In this document: in pieces, positions 38,389-50,400 of the stretch
Position numbering within the stretch: the stretch's first letter is position 1
Layout: each line of letters begins with the position of its first letter
Assembly: GCF_018350175.1 (NCBI RefSeq)
Contig: NC_058383.1
Location: forward strand, 1-64,000
Direction of reading: 5' to 3'
DNA length: 64,000 bases
Origin: Felis catus
Lineage: Eukaryota
The notes under the pieces: model-generated
The model's database searches: none
The model's input: only the letters and a program-made list of their open reading frames with translations
Told to the model about the DNA's origin: nothing
Translations under genes and position numbers: made by a program

Positions 38389-39970
38389 AACGTATGGCCA
38401 ACTAATCTTTGACAAAGATTAGAGAAAAAAAATATATATATATATATATAGAGAGAGAGAAAATTCTGGTCGGTAAGAACATGATGGGCTAAAAGTTTTT
38501 AGTGGAGATATGGGCTCTGTGGGATCTAAAACTCATTCTTATGACAAAGAAGGAAAGAATATCCAATGGAATAAAGACAGTCTCCTCAGCAAGAGTGCTG
38601 GGAAAACTGGACAGCGACATGCAGAAGAATGAATCTGGACCACTTTCTCACACTCAAAATGGACGGAAGACACTCAAAATGGATGAAAGACCTAAATGTA
38701 AGATAGGAAGCCATCAAAATCCTTGAGGTGAAAGCAGGCTAAAACCTGTTTAATGTTGGCCTCCACAACTTCTTACTCAACATGTCTCTGGAGGCAAGGG
38801 AAACAAAAGCAAAAATGAACGATTAGGACCTCATCAAAATGAAAACTTCTGCACAGCGAAGGAAACAATCAGCAAAACTAAAAGGCAACCAAGAGAATGG
38901 GAGAAGATAATTGCAAACGACATATCAGATAAAGGATTAGTATCCAAAATCTATAAAGAACTTATCCAACTAAACACCCCAAAAAACAAGTAATCCAGTG
39001 AAGAAATGGACAAAGACATGAACAAACACTTCTCCAAGGAAGACATCCAGAGGGCCAACAGAGAAATGAAAAAATGCTCAACATCACTCATCATCAGGGA
39101 AATACAAATCAAAACCACAATGAGATACCCCCTCACCCCTGTGAGAATGGCTAACATTAACAACTCAGGCAACAACAGATGTTGGCGAGGAGGTGGAGAA
39201 AGAGGAGCTCTTGCCCTGCTGGTGGGAATGCAAACTGGTGCAGCCACTCTGGAAAACAGCAGGTAGGTTCCTCAAAAGATGAAAAAGAGGACAAACCTAC
39301 AACCCGGCAGTTGCACTACTAGGTATTTATCCAAGAGTACAGATATGCTATTTCGAAGGGACACATGAACCCAAAGTTTCTAGTTGCACTATCAACAATA
39401 GCTAAAGTATGGAAAAAGCCCAAATGTCCATCAATGGATGAATGGACAAAGAAGATATGGTATATATACATACATACATATATACACATATATACATATA
39501 TATGTGTAGATACATACATATATACATGGTATATATATGTATATATGTATATGTATACATATATATGTATGTAGATATACATACACAATGGAGTATTACT
39601 CAGCAAGCAAAAAGAATAAAATCTTGCCATTTGAAATTACGTGGATGGAACTAGAGGGTATTAGGCTAAGTGAAATTAGTCAGAGAAAGACAAGTATCTT
39701 AGGACTTCACTCATATGAGGACTTTAAGATACAAAACATATGAACATAAGGGAAGGGAAAGAAAAATAATATAAAAACAAGGAGGGAGAAAACATAAGAA
39801 ACTCTTAAATGTGGAGAACAAACAGAGGGTTACTGGAGGGATTGTGGGAGGAGTGATGTGCTAAATGGGTAAGGGGCATTAAGGAATCTGCTGTTGAGAT
39901 CATTGTTGCACATTATGCTAACTAACTTGGATGTAAATTAAAAAAAAAAATAGAGTAAAAAAAAAAAAAA
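38389..39970 (+). mobile_element. L1 3' portion with polyA
   Basis: [24 protein letters not shown]; 3'UTR; polyA 39938-39970; ~120-bp insert at 38419-38540; TA-rich tract 39461-39590. Confidence 0.93.
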
Positions 39971-41261
39971 CCTAACCCAGTAAATAAAAGACTTTCCAAC
40001 AGACTATTTTTTGAAAACCCTGAGTCAGTCATGAGTCCCCACTGAGCTTTGTAACTAAGTGGCTTTCTTAATTTCCCTAGTTTCTCATAAATACGGACAA
40101 TGTGCTCTGACACAAATCTGCTCTTGCCCCGCCTCAGTGTTAGCAGAAAGAAATATTCTCCTATAACTTGGCTTGTTAAAAAGAAAAGAAAAGATGAAAG
40201 AAAATTCACTTGAGATAAACCAACTATTTCTCATGATGGAAAATCTGCATGATTACTTTGGACATAATGTATTGCATTTGTTTCTGGCTGACTTTGCCTA
40301 AACTAGTGAAACTTTTTACGTGACCAAATTTTGCACATTTCACTTAGTCACACACACACGCGTGCGCGCGCGCGCGCACACACACACACACACACAGACA
40401 AATAGCATGAAACAAAAGTGAATAGGATATAACATAAATGCAGTAAGGACATAAAAGATTAGTTTTCCTATAAAACGTAAAATAACTGCTTTGGGAACAG
40501 TTTTCCATTTGATAACTTCACAAGCAAACTTATGTTGACTTCCAATTTATTAACCATTTTTACAAATACTATTTTTAGTAACTCTAAATACAAATGGGGT
40601 TATGGTTCAGAAAGAGGGAAACATTTTTTTCTTTTTAGGAAATGAATCATGCTGAAAACTGAAAGGATATCAGTTTTGCAAAAGACAATTCAGACAGACA
40701 ACACTGTTGGTATCTGAACCATCATTTCAGTAAAAGTACAGTCAGTGAGGCTGTATCCTTGACTCAAAATCATGTACCATTTGTGGAGGGAATCCCAGAA
40801 ACTCTCCTCCAACATGATAATTGTCATCCAGGTGCTGTAATTTTTTTTTTATTGATGAAATGGAATGTTCAAACTATCTTCATCATGACTCCAGTCTCTG
40901 GATTTTTAACTCCAGCTCAGTTCTAAAATGGTCTTAATTCATTTGCCTCGGGTTACTTATCTTAATCCTGAATACCCAAATAAAAGAGACCTCAAATTAA
41001 TTTTTTGATCATTAAAGAAAATAGGTCTACCACGATGATATATACCAAACCTTACAAGCTAATATAGTATGCTTATCTCTTCCAAGTTACTAAAAGATTA
41101 ATGCTTTTATTCAGCTTAATGGTCAACCTGATATATGATGGGTTCCTAGGGAAACAACAGTAATTTATGCTTGGAGTTTCAGGCTATTTCTTTGCTTTAA
41201 TCGGCAGTCATTTTAAGTATGTTACTGTCTACACATATATTCTAGACCTACTTTCTATGTT

Positions 41262-41463
41262 TCAATTTATATTTGAGAGAGAGAGAGAGAGAGCGAGTGC
41301 GAGAATGAGCTGGGGATGGGAAGAGAGAGGGAGACACAGAATCTGAATCAGGCTTCAGGCTCCAGGACCCAGCTGCCAGCACAGAGCTCAAAGTCATGAG
41401 TAGTGAGATCATGACCTGAGCTGAAGTCAGATGCTTAAACCAACTGAGCTACACAGATGCCCC
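41262..41463 (-). mobile_element. Can-SINE
   Basis: caactgagctacacagatgcccc end; TSD tagaccta 41243-41250 / 41464-41471. Confidence 0.92.
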
Positions 41464-42817
41464 TAGACCTATTGTAATTCGCAAATTAATATCGGACTCC
41501 AAAAGTATTGACTATTATCTAAGCCTTTAGCTCATTCACAAGGTGCATTTACTTAAAAAAATTAATTTCAATAAGATGCCCTACTCTTCTATTTTGTAGG
41601 AGCTACACAGACATAGAAGCAGAAAACCAACAGCTTCCTCATACACAACGTAAGAATCATCTCTACACCCCTGATACAAATTTAAAACAACAATTATATG
41701 GCCACTTGATCAACATTCATAAGGTCATGGCAATGGTTTGGAAATGCCAAATGAAGCCAGAGCTCAACACATGTAAGGAGTCACACCATGACCTATAGTA
41801 TCTCCATCTACATGTCCAAATGACAACTATTAACAGCTGCTTTCCTGTCAATTTAATGATGGTACAACTTGCATGAATGCAAATATAACATACTTTTTAA
41901 AACAAAGCTCATTCTGAAATAGAAAATCTATGAAGAAAAATCCTAAGTTCTATTTCAAACAATCAGCTGCACCCAAAGAGAGAATACTCTCTTAACTATA
42001 AATAACTGACTTTCAAAGTCTACGATGGTTTTTCACCAATAGAGCTCAGACATGTTATCAAGAACACATGGTAAATTCTTACAACAAAGGCAATGACATT
42101 TTTCTCTATATTTTAGGATAAAATAACAGCTATTTCCTTGACATTATGAATTCATTGTATAATTCCGACCTGTTACAAAGGAAACAAACTCTCTTAGTAT
42201 TCTTAGTGGCTAAATTTTACGAAGGGAAGAATACGTTTAGATAATCATTAAGGATAACAGAAATTGCAGCAGTAAAAAATAAAAGGATGTCAAATTCAAA
42301 TTCAACCTGTGGGTATAATTACTCAGATTCTAAACTTAATCCCATTTCCTGAAATGTGACACCAGCTTTACAGGTAACATTGCTTTTAATATATCAGGCT
42401 GAAGTAAGGCTTTTCCCCGTTCATCTTGGGGACAGTGTGGTAGGTGAAAGAAAGTGGGCTTTGGAGCCCATGAGAATGAATTGTCAAAAAAATAGCACTT
42501 ACTAGTACTGTGATCTCAGAAACATGACCTACTCTATTTTGAGCTACAGATTATAGATTTTCAAAACGACAGTAATCATACTTACCTCATCTAGAGGTTA
42601 TGATGTGCATGCTAAGGATGTAATTCCAGTGCCAGCCAGGAACTTGGAGTATAGAGGTAGAGGGAATATGCAAGCCTATACAAATAAATAAACAGAGTTA
42701 TAACTTGGGCTAAGGGCAAACTGGGATTAGTACGCAGTGAGCAAATAATGGGGACACGGGCATACAGAAAAACAAAAAACACAAGTAGGTAGTGACTAGG
42801 TACAACAGACAGAAACC

Positions 42818-43169
42818 TGTTATGGAATGGATTTGCCCCCACAATCCATATGTTGAAGTCTTAACTACCATGTGACTATACGTGGATACCAGATCTTGAA
42901 AGATAAAGTGGAGGTCGAATGAGCTCATCTGGAGGGAGGGACCCTACTCTGATAACTGGTGTCTTATAAGAAGAGAGTGGGCACCTACACACACAGAAGG
43001 AAGACCACGTGAAGACAGTGGGAATGAGGTCGTCTACCAGTCATGGAGAGAAGAGACCCACCCTGGCCACACCTTGATCTCAAGTGTGAGAAAATAAATA
43101 AATCAATTTCTGTTGCTTAAGCCACCCAGTCTGTTGTACTTTGTGATGGCAGACCCAGCAAATTAATAC
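42818..43169 (+). mobile_element. MaLR (MLT1-like) solo LTR
   Basis: tgttatgg...catatgttgaagtc...cttataagaagag...ttaagccacccagtctg...actttgtgatggcag. Confidence 0.8.
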
Positions 43170-43179
43170 GAAATCCCAA

Positions 43180-44400
43180 CATTTACTCACTCAGCGAATG
43201 GTGTTTGAGCCTTTGTAGGAGTTAGGCACTGTTCTAGGACCCTAAGGAAACGGTCCTAAACAAAGCTAGTTTGGTCTTTGGACCCCATGGAGCCGACATT
43301 CTGGCAGGGACTGAAGTGGGTGACAGACAGCAAGCAAGTAAGAAAAACAGATGATGCCACGGGCCAGGAAGAAAAGAATGCGGGGAAGCGATATCAGGTG
43401 TTCAGGTCAGAGAAGGAGCAGTTTTCAGTTTTAGATAGAGAGCTAGCAGGGACTCCACTGAGCAGGTGATGTCAGAGCAAAGGTATGATGGAAATGAGGG
43501 AGTATGTCATCTTGGCATGTGGGAGAACATTCTGGACAGAAAGAGGAAAAGTGAGTGTAAAGACATGAAGCAGTGTAAAGCATGTGCCTGACATGCTTAG
43601 GGAGCAGGGAGGGGTCAGTGTGGCTGCAACCCAGTAAACAATGGGAGGGGAAGTGGAGATGCCTTCAGGGAGGTAGCAGAGTCTGGGGAGGGTATCACCT
43701 GTGTGGTTCACAGTTGGAGTCAGGCATCCGGAGACATGAAGAGCTGGGGGCAGGGCATAAAGACTTGGAGGCCCCAGCTGCTGGTAGACAGAAGCCTGAG
43801 GTTGGCTGAGATCACCCCAGAGTAAGGACGGGCAGAAAGCAGATGGGGGGGGGGTGGGAAAAAGATGAGGACCAAGCAACACAGACAGTGGTGAGCAGTG
43901 CCCTGACGGTGGGAGGAGGAAGGAAGTAATTTTTAAAGAAAGGGAGTAATCAAATGTGTGAGCTTCACTGTGAGCTTCAGCGATGTGAGTGTCATTCATT
44001 AATGAGATGAGAACTAGGGACGAGTGGGAGAGGAGGCCCACTCAGACTCAGCTGACAGAGACAAGGAGGGAAGGTCTGAAGGCGCCGGCAATGCTAGGCG
44101 TAGGAAGAGAAAACAGGTGGCGCTGGATGGGAATTGCTCCCCGTGGGCTGGGAGAAACAGCTGCAGGTGCACAGGATGGCCAGGTCCCGAGGAAATCCCC
44201 GGTGTGCAGGAGAGAAGGAAGCGGTGTGGGAGGCATGTTAGCAAGAGATGGCTTCCTCCCTTAGCAACACGACTCAACTATGGTAATGGGACACCAGCCA
44301 GAGCCATGGGGATCGATGTACCAAGGTGGGTGGCTGTGAGGTTGCTGGGACTGTCTGTGATTGGGAAACATGATAAAGATGCCCTATGTTCTCTCTGACT
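43180..44400 (-). mobile_element. Ancient L2 remnants
   Basis: tactcactcagc...gagc...aggcactgttctagg 3'-end signature followed by purine-rich L2-like sequence. Confidence 0.5.
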
Positions 44401-44777
44401 GTAGGACGGGATCATGGCCAGCATTTCAATACTGATGCACACGAGAAACAGCATCGAGCCCTCCATAGGGACTCCCATGTTGTCCTCTTACAGCAGACAT
44501 TCCCACCTCCTTTCTGCACCCATCACCCTGTGATACCTGGAAATCCCTCATCTGCTCTCCATATCTATGATTTTGTCACCTCGAGAATATTATACAAATC
44601 AAATCGAAAAGCATGTGAGCTTTGTAGGATTCGCTTTTCCCCTCTGGGCATAATTCTCCAGAGATTCAGTCCTGCTGCAGTGTCTGTCAGCAGCGCATGC
44701 CCTGGCACTGCTCACTTGTGATCGCCCCACCACATGGGGATAGCATGGTTTGGCTGTTTCCCTATGGAAGGACATGC

Positions 44778-45190
44778 TGTACTAGGCTGGGCAATGGACC
44801 TCAAAGAAAGCAAGTCCTAATACCTGGCATCTAACTCCCATCGATGGGATCTAGTTAGGGATCTTGAGTCCTGGGTTGTCTGAGTGAGCCATAGATGGAA
44901 TCACGAGCATCCTTAGAGTGGCAAAGGGAGACTTGACAAAGAGGAGGCACTGTGTCCATGGAGACAGACTGGGGTGATATGGTCACAAGCCAAGGGAGGT
45001 TGGTGACCACCGGGAGCTACCAGAGGGAAGGGATACACTGTCCCCTGGAGCCCTGGGGTCTCCAAAAGGAGTACAGCCCTGCTGACACATTAGTCTCAGT
45101 GAAGCAAATTTTGGGTTCCTGGCCTCCAGAACTCTGAGAGAACACGATTTTGTTCTCATAAGCCACCAAGTTTGTGGTAAAAGAGCAGAT
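44778..45190 (+). mobile_element. MaLR (MLT1D-like) LTR
   Basis: cagccctgctgacac...ggcctccagaactctgagagaa...aagccaccaagtttgtggtaa. Confidence 0.75.
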
Positions 45191-46407
45191 GTGGGCTCAG
45201 TAGGTCCCCATTCCCATCTCTCTCAGACTTTGGAGTCTTCCTTCCTTGAGAAAGTCAAGAAATATCTGGTATTTCTACCTAGTCGACTGCAGGCAGCCAT
45301 TGAGTCATTATTATGACTATTTCCAGTTCTCCAGGCAACACATTAAATTACATTTCCTGCAGGAAGAACCGTGTATCTATGTCTGGCCTATCGTATGTCA
45401 CCCTCTTTGGTGTAATACTCTTTGAACCCACTCCCATACTCGTCCCCCTGTCTCCTACCAGTGTGAAGTGGTGATACCCTGCAACTCCCCTGCATGGGCA
45501 CATGATCCTGCGTGGACCTGATCTCATACCTCTGTTTGGAATACACTGGAATCCCTCCCTATTTTCCAGGAAGTAAATATGGATGGTAGACGTGGAGCGT
45601 GAAGATCACTGCTCTTGGTCATGACAGTATTTTCTTTGGTGAAGCCATTGAAACCTTTTCTCTAGGGGTCCTGGGGGTGGGGTTTGACTATATCCTCAGA
45701 CGGGGGGAGTTGCTTGTCTTGGCAACAAACACAAGATACTCACCTCATGAGGCCATACGTTTTCTGATGTTTTGCCCTTGCTTTCAACCTATCCTGTTTC
45801 CTGCGTATACCCAAGACACCCCAAACTGACCCCGGACAGGCTCCGTAACTGCCCCCCATGGCCACAGTAATGACTCCACCTGCGATCCTCCACCGTGGTG
45901 TCCTCCATCACTCCGCACCAGCACCAGTGGTAATGTGAGCAAATGTGAAATCACCTCTTACCACCAATGACCAGTATCCACTTCTGCCATCAAGGAAACT
46001 ACTTGTATATCCACCAGAGAGAAGAGCAGTCCAGTCCCAGAGTCCCAGTTCCAGGTGGCTTCCTGCAGCCACTCATGGTACAAATTACCATTGTTGCAGG
46101 ACTGCGACAGGAGACAGACAGCACACACAAAAGCAGTGAGTGAAGAGCAGTGCAAAGGTAAGGGAACCTCCAGGAGATGGCAGAGAGGGCAAAGCAGCCA
46201 TACTAAACAAAGGCAAGATGTTTCCACTAAGAAGAAAGTACAAAGAAAAGTGGTTCCTGATCCTGTAATATTTATCTGGAGATGAGGGTCTTGTGGGGAG
46301 ATGTAATGCAGAGGAACACAACTACAGAAGCTCCCTATTATCCATGGGAATATGTATGGAGACCCCAGGTGGGTCCCTGAAACCACAGACAGTACAAACA
46401 CTACAGT

Positions 46408-46580
46408 GGCCATGAAGGGGTGCTGGGGGCACACCCCTACAGGGCCCATGAAGGGTCGCAGGTGGCTCACCCATACATAGCCCATGAAGGGGCACAGGCA
46501 GCCTCCCCTACATGGCCCAGGAAGGGGCACAGGCATGACATATCTACATGGCTGATGAAGGGGCACAGAAGGGCTACAAG
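46408..46580. repeat. ~36-bp minisatellite, about 5 copies
   Basis: Recurring gcccatgaaggggcacagg...ctacat. Confidence 0.8.
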
Positions 46581-46607
46581 TGTCAGACCCCTGCAATGCT
46601 GACATAG

Positions 46608-46717
46608 GGGTATCGAGGCTGTCCTAGAAGGTCAAAAAATATGATTTGCATACTGTAGGCAGTTGTTAGTGATGTGGCCATGAGCCTTCGTAGTAGGGCT
46701 CAGGCACTGGTATATGA
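46608..46717 (-). pseudogene. MT-ND5: NUMT copy 1: mitochondrial ND5 fragment (inverted)
   Basis: Reverse strand in the mitochondrial code reads SYTSAWALL..L.ATSLTTAYSMQIMFF.LLGQPR, versus ND5 SYTNAWALL.TLIATSLTAAYSTRI.FFALLGQPR. Confidence 0.85.
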
Positions 46718-46732
46718 TCTTAAGATTTGAAT

Positions 46733-47226
46733 ACCAAAAATAGACAACCAACTCCTAAGTTAAGACTGGGTGAATTTCACAATAGAAGCAATAATGCTAG
46801 TATATGCAACAAGAAATATTTGTACTTCCTTAAGCTCTATCAGAGAGGATAACCATGGATAATTAACCATAAGATAAAAATAACCCAACTGTAAAGTCAA
46901 TATCAAATCAATTGTTGACCCAACACAAATAGGCAATCAAGAAAAGATGAAACGAAGTAAAAGGAACTCAGCGAACACAAACCCCACCTGTTTACCAGTA
47001 AAATCACCTCTAGCATTTCTAGTTTTAGAGGCCCTGCCTGCCCAGGAACATTCATGAAATGGCTGTGGTATCCTGACCATGCAAAGGTAGAATAATCACT
47101 TGTTCCCTAAATAGTGACTCATATGAATGGCCACACGAAGGTTTTACTGTGTCTTCCAATCGGTTAAATGGACCTTCCCGTGAAGAGGTGGGAATAGGAC
47201 AAGAAGACAAGTAGACCAATGGAGCT
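46733..47226 (+). pseudogene. MT-RNR2: NUMT copy 1: mitochondrial 16S rRNA fragment
   Basis: aatagaagcaataatgcta, gtaaaaggaactc, cctgtttacca...atcacctctagcat, gcaaaggtag, gaccttcccgtgaagagg, atggagct. Confidence 0.93.
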
Positions 47227-47249
47227 GCTCTAAAATGATTTTAGCTTCA

Positions 47250-47445
47250 TTTTTTTTTTTTGAGAGAGAAATACAGAACACACATGGGGAAGGGGCAGAG
47301 AGAGAAAGTAAAACACACTATTTGAAGCAGGCTCCATGTTCAGAGCCATCAGCACAGAGGCAAAGCCAGGGTTCAAACCCACAAACCATGAGACCAAGAC
47401 CTGAACTGAAGTGGGACACTTAATCCACTGAACGACCGAGACAGT
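47250..47445 (-). mobile_element. Can-SINE embedded in satellite (paralogue of 60190-60412)
   Basis: Antisense SINE sharing cagagccatcagcacagaggc-aa-ccaggg and the downstream flank aaaggaatatca with the 60.2-kb copy. Confidence 0.88.
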
Positions 47446-50400
47446 GCAAAGTACATCTGACCTTAAAGGAATATCAATGCAACAACGCCGATGAAGGGAC
47501 GCAGAAGGGGCACATATGTGATCCCCTCCTGCACTGAGGTGGGGAAGAGCACATGAGTGACACCCCTTCATTGCAGAGACAATGGCATAAACGTAACCCC
47601 CTCCCTTGATGAAGGAGGGCGCATGCGTGAACACCCTCCTGTCCAAAGGGGGGCGTGCTAATGCTTGAAAACCTTCCGTGCGGGGGGGACGAAGTATGAC
47701 CTAAGCCTTACCCTACCCCTTATGGCAATGGTAACCTTACCTCAAGGGATGCGTGTTTCTTCAGCTACGAAAGTGAAAAGAACCATACGTGAAACATCAC
47801 ATTTAATAGTGACATCATTACTCTCTCCCTGAAGGGTGGCGCTGTGCATGGGTGACCATCTCACACGCCAACCAGGGGCAAGGCAGAATCCTGAACCACC
47901 TTGGCGTCAAGTGGGGTGGGGTGCATGTTTGAGCGACCTCCATCGCCTAGGGTTGTTTGTGCATGCATGAACACCCTTCCCCGCGGAGGTGAGTGATGCC
48001 AAGCACGAACTCTCTCCCTAGCTAAGGGAGGCTTGTGTGCATATACAAAAGGTCTATCTCACAGAGCAGGGGTTGTGGGCATGCCTGAACACCCTTCCGC
48101 TAGAGGAGGGGGGGCTTTGCACATGCGTGAATACCATCACGGCAAAGGGAGTGGGGAGCCTATGTCAATGTCCCCCCTCGCCTCAGAGTTGTGGGGCAGA
48201 TGCGTGAAACCACCCCCCTGATAGAGTGGGGCTTTTTTGCATGCATGAACACCCTGCCATGATGAGGGGGGCAGGGTGCATATGAGAACCATCTCCCTTG
48301 GGGAGAGGGCTGGGCGCATGCATGAACACCATCCCACACTGAGAGGGTTTGTGCACAAGTGTGAACACCCTTCTGTCCCTAGGGGTGGCAGTGCATGTGT
48401 GAGCGATATGGGGGCAGGGTCCATAGGTCAACACCCTCCTGTGCCAAAGTGGGGCCGGGTGCATGGGTGAACACACTCCTGTGCCAAAGGGGGACACACT
48501 AATGCTTGGAAATCCGTGTCCAGGGGGAGCAAGCTTGATCAAAACTTATCCTACCCTGATGGTAATGTTAACCCTAAACATAACCTTAAGAGATGCTTGT
48601 TTCTTTAGCTGTGAAAGTGAAAAGAACCATTCATGAAACATCACATTTAATAGTGACATCACTACTTCCTCCCTGAGGGGTGGCACTGTGAAAGGGTGAC
48701 CAACTTACATGCTGACAGGGGGCCAGGCGGAAGCCCGAACCACCTCCTGTGCTAAATGGGGCAGGGCGCATGCGCAAATGACCTCCCTTATGGAGGTGGG
48801 CATTCTGTGCATGTCAGAACACCCTTCCGTGCCCAGGAGAGTGGGGCACATGCGCAAATGCCTTCCCTCCATGAGGGGGTCTAGGTGCATGCGTCAACAC
48901 CTGCCAGTAGGGGGGGCTGTGCGAATGTGTATACAGCCTCCTGCGGTAGGGGGCAGGGAGCATGCATGAATGACCTCCCTCACTGAGGGGGGGTGTGCGC
49001 ATGTGGAAATGTCCTACCTCGGGGAGCAGGAGTTGTGTGCATGCATGAACACCCTTCTGCCACTAGGAAAGGCTGTGCATATGTGTGAACAGCCCCCCCC
49101 CCCAGTATGGGGAGGGGCCCATGAACGAACGCCATCCCTCCCCTATCGGGGTTGTTCCCAAGTGTGAACACACTTCGGCCACGAAGGGGGCTGTGTACAT
49201 CTATGAACAGCCTCCAGCGCTGAGGGGGTGAGGAGTGTAGGTCAACACCCTCCCGTGTCAAAGTGGGGTGGGGCCCTTGCCGAGGGATGCATGGTGCATT
49301 CGTGAACACCCTCCCTCTTGGAGGGGCTGTGGTGCACATGCATGAACACCCTCCTGTGCCGAGGGTGGTGGGGTGCATGTGTGATCCACCTCCTGTGCTG
49401 AAGGGGGCGGGGCACAGGCATGAAACACCTCCCTCACCAAGTGGGGGTTCTGTGTAAGTGAGAACACCCTTACACCCCAAGCTGTGCACATGCGCAAACA
49501 CCCTCCCTCGCTGAGAGGGATTTGTTTCCATGCATGAACACCCATCCGTGCTGGAGGGTTGAGAAGCGCATAGGGGAACCACCTCTTATGCCAAAGGGGG
49601 TCGGGCGCTTGCGCGAACACCCTCCCGCATCCAAGGGTGTCAGGGCACATGCATGAATATTCTCCTATGCTGATATGTCAAGGCACATAGGTCAACACCC
49701 TCCCATGCCAAAGGAGGGGTGGTGCACATGGGTAAACGCCCTTCCGCCAGGAGGGGGAGCCTTGCACACACGTGAACAACCTCCCGCGCTAGTGGGGCAG
49801 GGTACATGCGCAAATGCCCTCCGTCGCCTAGGAGGGTTGTGCGTGAGAACACTCTTCCACCCTGAGGGAGGGCTCTGCGCATCTGTGAACACCCTCACGT
49901 GCCAAGTGGGGCAGGGAGCATGAATGAAACACCTCTTGTGCAGAGAAGGGGAACAAGCATGACCTAACCCTTACCCTAAAACCTAAATGTAATGCTAACC
50001 TAACCCTTACCTTAAGTGATGCGTGCTTCTTCAGCTGTGAAAGTGAAAAGAATCATTGATGAAATGTCACATTTAATAGTGGCAACACTATACACTCTCC
50101 GAAGGGTGGTGTTCATGGGTGACACCCTCCCTTACCGACGGGGTGGGGAGCATGTGTGAACCACCTCCCATGCTGAGGAGACAGGGCGCATGTGCCAACA
50201 TGCTCCCTCACTGAGGCAGCATTATGCAAATGTGCGAATGTGTGAACACCCTTCTGAGCGGAAGGGGATGGGGAGCATGTGTGAATATTCTCCCATGCTG
50301 AGGGGTGGTGCTATTGCGTGAATAAACTCTGGTGATGAGGGGGTGTGGAAGCATGATGTAACCCTTACCCTGTTAATGGTAATGCTAACCCTAACCCTTA

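Noticed and set aside
42430..42610. Minus-strand splice donor at ~42585
   Set aside because: Lies in a MIR-like core sequence (cttacctcat)
45230..46330. Named gene in unique sequence
   Set aside because: One good donor (GAG|GTGAGT ~45743) but no recognisable reading frame; cannot be supported
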